64,000 nucleotides of DNA from Octopus vulgaris. Taxonomy: Eukaryota. The stretch spans positions 50,034,001 to 50,098,000 of the forward strand of contig OX597815.1 of assembly GCA_951406725.2 (NCBI GenBank), written 5' to 3'. Below, in pieces: positions 53,091 through 64,000 of the stretch. The position numbers were made by a program, and so were the translations under genes. The notes beneath the pieces were generated by a model that had not been told where the DNA came from, made no database searches, and saw nothing but the letters and a program-made list of their open reading frames with translations. Numbering within the stretch: the first letter of the stretch is position 1; each line of letters starts with the position of its first letter.

Positions 53091-54357
53091 TCTGCAGTAA
53101 GGACTCGAGAGCCAGCACATATGGAAGTGGGGAGAGTAGACATCTTTGACAAACTGAGCGCTTGATACAAAGGTGGAATAAAGCAAGAAAGAGGTTAAAG
53201 CAGGAATATATGATGGATAATATATTTATATTTTTTTCATCCTTTATTCATAATGGAAGGTAGTTCTCATTACAGAGAACCCATGAATGGTGGGAAGGAA
53301 GAATGTATCCTAAAATCGGAAGCCAGGCCCGAATGTTTACAACAGAGTGGACTCTGCTAAAGGTAAGCAAGTGCCATGCAGAGGTGTTAAACAGTGCAAT
53401 GGGTTAAGTCTATAACTCTTAACAATGGAACTGCTCGATATAATTTCTAATGAAACTTGCTTGGCCACGAATCGGGGAAAAGAACAATGGTTAGGTAGTA
53501 GGTAGTAGGTGATCATATCAGGAATGTATAGTTTTCAAATACTAAACTTTGCTCAATTTTTTTGATGGGTGTGAGTTTACTTTAAATTACTTTGCAGATG
53601 GATTTTGATGAATGAAATATAAGGTTACATCCCAAGCAGCAGTATTATACTGAGAGGTTTAATTAAATCGTAGAAGAGTGCATTTGATGGATAGATTATT
53701 TAGTGTATTTTGGCATTTGATATCTTTAAAATATATCGTATGCTATAGGTATGTACAAAGAGAATCTGAATGATGCCCTTCAGGCACACTTTCTATTCCT
53801 TATAGTTTTGAGGGAAGCAGATTTCAAAGTTTCAGTTGTGCATGAGCTACATGATTTGTTTTCTATAGCCATTTAGTTCTATAAATGATGTTTATTTTAA
53901 TAATAATAATGAAATTATTGTATACAGTGCTCAGGCGCACTTCTAAACCCAAAATGAGACTAGACAATAAAGTGTTTTTACTTAATCTAGAAATATGAAA
54001 CAAGTTGATGTCATAAGAACTTAAAAACATTGAGAACGTGAAATTATTCAGTTTAGGAATGGTAAATTTCGAAGTAGATAAAGCTATGAATATTAGCGTA
54101 TAAATATTGGGTTAAAAATCCCTTTGAATAGAAAAGATCAAAGAGTGTCTGTAGGACACATACTCACATTTCTTGTAAATATGACAAGTGTTCTAGCATT
54201 GGACCAAAGCAATCCTTTGAATTTCTCTCATCATTTTAGAAACTGATTCTTACCAGCCTTTGACTCTTTCTACTCAAAGAGTTTTATAACCCATTATTTA
54301 CACGTTATTATTTATAGCTTTATCTGCATCGAGATTTACCGTTCATATATATATATT

Positions 54358-54765
54358 ATCTTTTACTTGTTTCAGTCATTAGACTGTGGCCATACTGGGG
54401 CACTGACTTGAAGAAATTCGGTAGAATGAATAGACTCCAGTATTTATGTTTTAAAAACCCAGTATTTATTTTATTGGACTCTTTTCGCCAAACCACTATG
54501 TTACAAGGACGTAAGCAAACCAACACCGGTTGTCAAGTGGTGGTGGGGAACAAAATAAAGACACACACACATATATATGTGTGTATACATACGTATATGT
54601 GTGCGACAGGCTTCTTTCAGTTTCTGTCTACCAAATCCCCTCACAAGGCTTTGGTCAGCCCAAATCTATAGTAAAAGACATTTGACCAAAGAGCCATACA
54701 GTGGGACTGAACCCAGGACCATGTGATTAGAAAGCAAGCTTCTTACTACACAGCCACTCCTGTGC
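54358..54765 (-). mobile_element. SINE family A
   Basis: Homology to family A. Confidence 0.85.
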
Positions 54766-55357
54766 ATGCATGCACACGCATACACACACACACACACATA
54801 AAATGTGTCATTAGTCTATATTATGGAATAATAGATTATATCTTTAGCTTCAAAGATTGTGTCTTACGGACAGTTGTTTCAGTTTACACAATTTCAATTG
54901 CTTGCTGTTTGATTCATTGAAGTCTAATTTTGTTTAGATAAATTCGAAGAGGCAAGAGTACAAAATGTTGATATCGCTTTTATCATATGGAGTGTGTTTT
55001 CAAAGTAGTTTAAAGAAATTATTCACTACAGATGTTACATCTGCAATATTAAAATAAGGCTTATACCAGGTGATATTTCACTTCCTGTTTTTGTGGTTTG
55101 ATGGTTTCTTCATGTTTTGTTTCATTCTCTGTTATTGTTTTAGTAACATTCAAAATTTATTAAAACCATTATGTTCCAAATCTTAGCCCTTAGAAAATAG
55201 TAGAATTTCTTCGTTAGCTTGATGAAAAAACCTCTTACCGGCACTAAAACCAAGTACACAGTTTAATCTAAAAGAAGCACCTTTAAATATAGTCCACCTT
55301 TAAATATTATGTCTAATAGTCTCTTTGTTAGTATACAAGTAATTTTTCCCCATATAG

Positions 55358-55757
55358 GTGTAGGAGTGGCAGTGTGGTAAATAGCTTGCTTGCCAACCTC
55401 ATGGTTCTGGGTTCAGTCCCACTGTGTGACACCTTGTGCAAGTGTCTTCTACTATAGCCTCGGGCCAAACAAAAACCTTGTGAGTGGATTTGGTAGATGG
55501 AAACTGAAAGAAGCCCATTGTGTATGTTTGTGTGTGTGAGTGTGTGTATATTTGTGTGTCTGTTTGTCCCCCCACCATCACTTGAAAACTGATGCTGGTG
55601 TGTTTACATCCCAGAAACTTAGCAGTTTGGGAAAAGAGACTGATAGAATAAGTACTAGGCTTACAAAGAATAAGTCCTGGGGTCGATTTGTTCAACTAAA
55701 GGTGATGCTCCAGCATGGCTGCTGTCAAGGGACTGAAACAGATAAAAGAATAAAAGA
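55358..55757 (+). mobile_element. SINE family A
   Basis: Homology to family A. Confidence 0.9.
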
Positions 55758-58700
55758 AAGAATACTCATTAACTATTTTGCTTGTTTTCATTTTCTTTTC
55801 TTTGTCCTTAGTTGATTTTGAAAGTCTTTTCTGTTATTGTCTTGGTTGCATTTGTGCTGTGGCACCACCTACAAAGGTTTGGCTTATCAACTCAAATAAG
55901 TTATTCTATTATCTGATACTTATTTTATAAATCTCTGTTTGTCAAAGCACTAACAGGACACAAATAGTTACAAACAGACACACGTATGCACCAACATCCA
56001 CACATCCATACATACCAACATACATACATAGTTAAAGACACCTGTCTCTGGAATGTTACTGAACCAAAACTGTGTGATTGCAAAAACGAACGTAAGACCA
56101 TCCATGGCTCTCAAAATCTACTTTATGCCTCTTGTTATATTTTCTAACAACTACTAATTAAAATTTTGAAACAGTAAATAAAAATAACAGTTGAAACATA
56201 TTAGCTTCATCTAAATGAATTTATCTAGTCTCAACTGCTGATGAACAATTTTATCAGACTTCTTGAGCTGAACATGTATGTTTTTAATGAGAATGATATT
56301 TTCACAAGTATCTTGAATTTGATATTAAAAGCCAATGCCCACTCACCAGCATATTACCCCAATGCTTTGACTACAACTTGTTCTCATTAACTAAAAACAT
56401 AAACCTGTCTAAAATAATGACTTCCAGATGAAACAACACCAAAGTACGAAAAAAAAATCAAAACTTATATGCATTACTCATACACCGGTCAGACAAAACC
56501 AAACACCAGTGTGAAATAAACAATAATACATTTCAACATTTCATCTCTAGTTTATTTACCAACAACATTAAGGAAAGAAACTAGAACATCTAAAATGATA
56601 AAATGTTCAAAATTGAGTAAAGATTGTTGACTAGAAACTGTCACCTTCAAATATCATAAATCCAATTTTGAATGGAAACCTTCCATTCACCTTAATAAGG
56701 GACAAAAAGGATAGAGATTGGTAATATCAAGAAGAACATATTAGACAAATGAATCCTAAAACTTAAATTAACATCAATACCACCATTACTGACTAGCACT
56801 CGTTTAGCTGCAGAATGAATTTATTTATCCGAAATAAAGGTTATTATAAATTCTTATTATTTGGCAATCAATCTCTAAAACATTGTCAATACCCTTAACC
56901 TTACACAGACTGTTACTAATATTGCAGTAAAGGAAATACAAAATATGATGTTCGTATGAGAAAATATTTCCTGTGATAACGTTTTTATTGATTTAAGCAT
57001 TTTAAAAATCCTTTAGTATCTCATTTAGTGTCAGTATGAGCACCCAGGATTATGTCAAGTAAAGTAATCTTATAGGAAGATAACATTTGTCCTCATTGTG
57101 AAAGAATTGGTTTGTTGAGGACAATTGTAAACATGGCAGTTTTCTAATCTTGAATAATTTTAGTCCCAAGGAGACCAATAAGAAACATTTACACATTTTA
57201 TTTAAAAGCTACACATTTAAGATTCCAATGGATACCATCATCGTAATTTTAATATTTCTAGATGTTATACTACCCATATCGTTAACCAAATGAAGACTGT
57301 ACTTATAGCCACAGACTATCTAACTAAGTGGGTTCAGTAAAAAAAAACTGAATAATGTATATAATTGATATTTTGTTGTAAAATGTTACATGTTTGCTAA
57401 GTGAACTACTTGACCGCATATACATGAATGCATCCTTGTCTCCCAAGAGTGTGATGCATTTGTGTCCTTGTGAAGCCCTCCACATACTTGCATAACATAT
57501 TTTGTTTCTATAGTTGCTTACTGTTGGTAGTTTTCATTTGTTCCTTGCTGTACGGACAAGTATTTTGTTTCTCTATATCACTTTCATAACGTAAACAATA
57601 CAACTATAACTAACTTTTGAATTATTTTCATTGAAGTACTTGAAAATATTGCATATGTGGTGGGAGGGAGATGCTACCACTTTTTGTAGTTGCAATGATA
57701 CCAAATAACTAAATATGACCATTGACAAACGAAAATAATTTAGCCCAGCACACGACTTTTTTGTTTATCAACGATTCAAATAACAAAACAGTCATCTTCC
57801 AAAAGATTTACAGGACTGGAAACTCAAAATACAACACCTCAAAAATAGGAATAAGTAAAACTCTGCATCATAATATAACAGCAGCAACAACAAAATCTCT
57901 CTTATTTAATTACAAAGGTTTTAGCATATCTAACAAAATACAACTGAGATGATATATCCAACTTGCGAAAAACATTATAAAATACACATATTTCAGCAGC
58001 AAATATAAGAAACATATCTAAATCCACATCAATTAACCCCAACCAAATGATCCAATATTTTCCAGTATTGTAATAGTTTTCCCCATGTGTATTAAACATA
58101 TCATTTTTACAAGCATTTACTACTTAAGAAGTATTATCTACATACGTCATTTAGTGGAGAATGCAAGCCTATATTGGAAGTACAAATTGTCTTTCATTTT
58201 TACAGGGAAATTCCAATATCATATTACCTTCACACTGCCAGCCAAGATTTCCAGGAATATCTCCTGAAAGCAATGAACTAATACACTTGCTTATGCTCTG
58301 TTGCTGTTTTAAAAAACTATCCATGCAGAATGCTTCATACAAACAAACATATATACATAGATATATGTACATATATGTGCGTGTATGTATGTATATATCC
58401 ATATGTGTATAAGTGAGTGTGTGTGTGTGTATACATATATATACTCGCACACAGACGCATATATACTAAACATTATAGCACTAATTTTGCAGTGAAAATA
58501 TTCCAGACATTTTCACTTTACTGATAGAAAAATACAAAAATAATTTTTAAAATAACATATCCCTGTCTTATCAAAATCAAGCATAAATATTTGCTTTGTC
58601 TAAAAATAAAGATTATGTTTTTAATGCATTAAAACAAAAAAACAAAAGTACTTTGCTGGATTGCAGAGACAGTCTGTAAAAACAAATAACATGTAATGAT

Positions 58701-58933
58701 GATGACAACACCATCTTCATAATCCACATCATCATATTCATTACAATCAGGTTTACATTAATTTTTTTCTACTTGTAATGATAAACTAAGTGTATTATTC
58801 CCAAATCTCATTTTTATGTGTCAAAGTTTAAATTGTGTCAGTGTTTTCTCTCCCAACCAATATAGATTTAAAGTGATTATTTATTAACTTCATAATGATT
58901 AGTCATCATACATTTATAACATATATGTGTAGA

Positions 58934-59460
58934 ACTGGCACTCAGTTGGTTACGATGCTGAGGGTTCCAGTTGATCCAATCAACTGAACAGCCTGCTCAT
59001 AAGATTAATGTGCAAGTGGCTGAGCACTCCATGGACATGCACATGTGATATGAGGCCGCATTGTTGATACCAAGACAATAATTCATGGAAAAGATGTATG
59101 TTAGAGATATTCCCAAAAGGGGTGTATGTGACATATATACAAAATTTGTTAGATATTCTTTTCTACTCTAGGCACAAGGCTCGAAATTTTGAGGGAGGGA
59201 GCCAGTCGATTAGATCGACCCCAGTACGCAGTTGGTGCTTAATTTATCGACCCCAAAAGACACCCTCAATGTAGTTCTCATCGAGATTCAGCATGACATA
59301 TAATGTAACAAGGCTGGCCCTTAGAATTGCAGGTGCAACTCATTTTGCCAGCTGAGGGGACTGGAGTAATGTGAAATAAAGTGTCTTGCTCAAGGAGACA
59401 ATGCATCACTGGGATCTTATGATCATGAGCTGAATACCTCTATCTGCTAAGTCACATGCC
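58934..59460 (-). mobile_element. SINE family E interrupted by a 220-bp templated insertion (59041-59259)
   Basis: Homologous to 29392-29706 on both sides of the insert. Confidence 0.75.
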
Positions 59461-59872
59461 ACATAATTTTGAAAGTACAGGGATTTTGCAATCCACCCCC
59501 ACCCTCAGTATCACCATATCCACTATGTGTATATCATCATCATCATTTAGCGTACATTTTCTATGCTGGCATGGGTTAGACAGTTTGACTGGAACTGGTA
59601 AGCCAGAGAGCTGCACCAGGTTCCTGTCTTTACTCTCAGAAACCAAAATTACAAAAATGCATGATAGTAGTTTTAAAAAGTTTTATTCACAATCTCCACT
59701 GGTTGATATAAACCAGTTTAGTTAGGACAAACTATGATCAATCACAATAAAATATACATGTGATATGAGGCCTCATCGTTGATACCAAGACAATAATTCA
59801 TGAAAAAGAGGTATGTTAGAGATATTCCCAAAAGGGGTGTATGTGACATATATACAAAATTTGTTAGATATT

Positions 59873-60080
59873 CTTTTCTATTCTAGGCACAAGGCCTGAA
59901 ATTTTGGGGGAGGGAGTCAGTCGATTAGATCGACCCCAGTACGTAGCTGGTACTTAATTTATCAACCCCAAAAGGATGAAAGGCAAAGTCGGTGTAATTT
60001 GAACTCAGAAAGTAAAGACAAACGAAATATCGGTAAGCATTTTTCCCGGCATGCTAACATTTCTGCCAGCTTGCCGCCTT
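59873..60080 (-). mobile_element. SINE family B, full length, with 17-bp TSD
   Basis: TSD AAAATTTGT(T/C)AGATATT at 59856-59872 and 60081-60097. Confidence 0.9.
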
Positions 60081-61309
60081 AAAATTTGTCAGATATTACA
60101 TATATGTATGCATGTATGTGTGTGTCTAAAACTATATATGCTTGTAGTATGTAAACTTAGTCCTGAGATGGAAAAGGAACTAACAGAATATAAATGTGTG
60201 TGTAAGATGCATGCAGGTTCAGATGACATATGCATGTAGATCTGCATGGTATCTGTGCTATCATACAAGTGAGTCTATAAAAGGTTCTTTGTGCCCATAG
60301 GACACACATACATGCTTTATACTGTTGGTTACCCAGTGAGCTCAATAAAGTCAGTTTGTAAAGTAGAGAGATTGTCACAGAGGTTGGTGTTGTGCAAACT
60401 CTAGTTGAAAAACGTAATGAAATTCAGTTGTGGAGTAGAACTCTTGCATTTCTGGTGAAATTTTAAGCTGTTCTCTCTTAGCTGATGAAGTACAATTATT
60501 AATTAAGTGATGTGGGCAGTTGGCAGGAACAGTATTTGAAGTAATCACAACTTGTAAGAGCTTTAGATGCTCCTATCAACTGCATATACTTCATAGCTGG
60601 TCCACTGCTATGTCAAATTCAAGATAGTTGGTAATACTCACTGATATTGTGAGTTTTGTTAACTTCACATGCCTCTTTGGTCATTTTTCAACCTATGATA
60701 CAGCAGCTTTCAGTGGGTTTGCATACTTGACAACCACTGGTAACAAAGCCAAGAAATTAATTCTCAAAGATTTAGAGATGTTCAATAATATAACATCAGT
60801 CTAAATTGATAATTGGTCACATAAGTGATGACATATGCTTCACTGTCAACAAAATAGGCAACAAGCTGAGTGGTTTAGAAAAGTGATGACATAATGTGGT
60901 ATTGATGCCAGTTGATCCAAGAGAAAGCTTGGCTGTTGATGGAATCAGGCTGAAAATCTTTGGATTTATGTTAATATCATTGGCACACCAACAATATAAC
61001 ATGAGATATGAGATATTCATTACATAGTTAATATATTTTAAAACACACACACACACACACTCTCTCTCTCTCTCTCTCTCTCTCTCAAGCAATCTGGGTG
61101 CATTGTAAAGTTGATTGGCCTTAGGAAGAGCATCGAGCTATAAAAATCATGTCAAAGCTGACATTGGAGGTCAGCACAGCCCTGCTGTCCACCATATCCT
61201 GTCAAACCATCTGACCCATGCAAACACGGAAAATAGATGTTGGAAGATGGTGATGAGGAAGAGGATGATGATATCAGCAATCTTTTCATGCTTTTGTCAT
61301 ATCTTTCAT

Positions 61310-61901
61310 CTTTTACTTGCTTCAGTTATTAAACTGCAGACATGCTGGAGCACTGCCTTGAAAGGTTTAGTTGAACAAATCAACACCAGTATTTATATTT
61401 GAAAACTGGTATTTATTCTATCAGTTTCTTTGCTGAACTGCAAAGTTATGGGGACATGTCCAAGTTTGTTTATGAAGCCAATAATGACACAAGCATTCTA
61501 CAATAACTGTTTCTACTTTTTGCATCTTTAACAAATTGCTTTTAATTTTTATTCCTTTTACCTTTTACTTGTTTCAGTCATTAGACTAAGGCCTTAGTGG
61601 GACACTACCTTTAAGAATTTTTAGGCAAACAAATTGATCACAGTACATTTTTTAAAGCCTTGGTACTTATTCTACTGGTCTCTTTTGCTGAACTGCTAAA
61701 TTATGGGGACATAAACACACCAACACCGGTTGTCAAGCAGTAGTGGGAGACAAGCACAGACACAACGATACACACACACATGCACATATCATATATATAT
61801 GAAGGGCTTCTACCAGATCCACTAACAAGGCTTTGCCCAAGGTGCCACACAGTGGGACTGAACCTGGAGTCATGTGGTTGGGAAGCAAGCTTCTTACCAC
61901 A
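61310..61901 (-). mobile_element. two tandem family A SINE fragments
   Basis: Tails at 61310-61455 and 61560-61790; head at 61830-61901. Confidence 0.75.
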
Positions 61902-63572
61902 TAATTATTTTTTTTCGTTTATAAATTTTATTGGTCTTTCTAAAGAAGAAAATGGAGGGCTTTAACATTCTTTTCCTAAACTGCCAGTGTTTTAAAATAA
62001 ATTTATTTTAAGATTAAAAGGTGAATATAATAAACCACATTTATTAACATTTTATATATTTGTGTTTCTGCTCTGGAAGTATTCGCTCATAGATTAGTAC
62101 ATCACTTAGGATGTCATAGATATGATTCCAGTCCACATTTTTATAATTAATAATCAGTGAAGCAAAACTTTGATTCTTGTGATTCAAAATAATACCAAAA
62201 GAAGCAAGAAACCAACCCAATTTTCATCTTTAAAAAGTAACACACTGCTTAACAGTAACCCCAAAACTAACTTCATTGAATAACTATGTATAATATATTT
62301 CCTAATATCATTTATAAGAGTAAGGTTTTTATAATGATTAATTCAGAAAGAAACCTTTGCAAGATATTATTAATCTCCACAACAGCACCTCCCTCTTCCC
62401 CACCCTTACCTGCCACCTGCCACACTCATACACCAGAATCAATCCAAATACAGAATAAAAAACAATAATAAAACAATAAATCCAAATGAAGGGCACAAAA
62501 AAAAGACCTAGTTGTAACTATCAGAAACACCATAATAAAAGATGATCAAAACTATTCACTTTGTTTATTAAAGTTGTTTAACCGGTAGAGTTGATTGGGA
62601 TATTGGTGGTGATGGTGGTGGCTGCAGTATTGGTGATGGTGGTGGTGGTGGTGTTGCTGGTACTGGTAGCAGTGGTGGTGGTGGTGAATGCAATAGTGAT
62701 AAGAATGAAAAATCTGTCGCATGCCACCTAATTTTGCAAGTGCAGTGGTTTTGCAATCCACCCTCGACACCCACACCCACCCACCCGACCCAGCAACACC
62801 ATATCCGCTAATTTCAATGCTGTAGAATATTGCTACTTTTCAAATTTCCCAGTGTATAATCTTTTTATACATTTAATAGACATGCTGGGGCAACAATATT
62901 AAAAAGCAAAAAAAAAAAAGCAAAAAACAAAAGCAAAACAATATAAATAAATAAATGAAAATAAACCTGCACAGAAAAAAAGAACAACAAAAGAGAGTGT
63001 AGAGAATAGCCAGCTTTGATGGCAATTACAAAAAGCAGTCACACATCACTACAGTTGACTGACTACACTAGCTGACAATAAACACATCAAAGCCTTGCAC
63101 AGAATAGGTGTTTAATAACTAACTTTGTCTAATTCTGTGTATCATATTTGTTGCATGTCAAGGTCAAAAACCAGGAGAGAAAAATAGGCAACAGAGGGAG
63201 GGAGCATCCACGCAGGAGACTTTAGAATAGAATAATAGAGTGAGGGATGATACACCACCAATTCTTATGACTGTGAAAAAAAAACTCCCCAAACCAAGCT
63301 GTCTACTATTTGTCATGGCTCATTCAAGAAATTGTATATATATGAAAAAACCAAAACAAAGCATTGTAGTAGAAATGAAAGGACTGGTGAGAAATTAGTG
63401 GGGTCTGTCTTATAAAGGCAAACAAATATATATATATATAAATGGCACAAAAAAGAACTAGTGATGATCTGTGACATTATCTAATTAATAATTATTAAAA
63501 AGGAAAATAGCACCAACGTGTGTGAATACAAACTGAGGGACAATCAATTAGAAATCCTACATAACTGAGAAT

Positions 63573-63605
<33 letters not shown>

Positions 63606-64000
63606 GGTGTGTATATTTCATATATGCATAGACACATGATTATGTGTAACATCATAACATCTCAGAAAATGCAGATAGAAAATGGTTATAAATTATAAAA
63701 TTCATATTTGCTATAGTCTCAAGCTAATTACATGTTGTCAGAGTAATTAGCAAGAATCTATATTTCAAATGGTTGGTTGCCATTGGCTAACAGTAAACCA
63801 GCAGAGAACAGTTTATAACATCATTGATAAATTTGCTATTTATTCAGACACTATAAAGAAGAATAAAAAAAAGTCTATTATGGATTGAATGGCTTTTGGT
63901 TAGAAAACCATTGTCTTTACCGATTCATTTCACTGGCTACTCAAGGGAGCATCTCAAGCTAATGATACATATAGATTTTGGTGGTATTAAACTGCTGCAC

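Noticed and set aside
54938-55060. Possible plus-strand exon after tttgtttag
   Set aside because: Frames close quickly and no partner exons were found
1-64000. CRISPR arrays, operons, rRNA or prokaryotic/viral systems
   Set aside because: No regularly spaced repeat-spacer arrays, long ORFs or rRNA-like sequence; the repeats are dispersed SINEs and microsatellites

Overview
AT-rich, repeat-dense animal DNA with no prokaryotic features. The SINE and microsatellite landscape resembles a coleoid cephalopod such as Octopus (inference). One spliced minus-strand gene spans about 1.1-49.4 kb. Five phase-compatible GT-AG coding exons (49093-49103, 41434-41512, 19768-19862, 6280-6426, 1091-1140) join into MACRMLDWLFWVCMGDHQKESASLGVHCQQFMFGRDMTKLGYLKIFSKRGITDSTGYNMDRRMFEDEDFSEQKCCLDSQFGIIPGQLNKTFKRVVAAFPILTVGFRLNDSLLSCLQEVNANIKKILV..., which continues beyond the window start. 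I cannot assign this protein to a family. The probable promoter lies in a CpG-retaining domain at about 47.6-54.6 kb. The rest is mobile DNA: several tRNA-derived SINE families, RTE, L1/Tx1 and R4/Dong LINE fragments, Penelope-like elements (PLEs) with hammerhead-like motifs, mariner relics, two non-autonomous Helitrons and MITEs. Highlights are a 337-bp fold-back double-hammerhead retroelement with a 14-bp target-site duplication (TSD), a MITE with a tRNA-like core between its terminal inverted repeats (TIRs), a perfect 251-bp inverted duplication and local templated insertions. Nearly all ORFs in the supplied track are repeat or microsatellite artefacts. Repeat boundaries were read by eye and are approximate unless a TSD or terminus is quoted.
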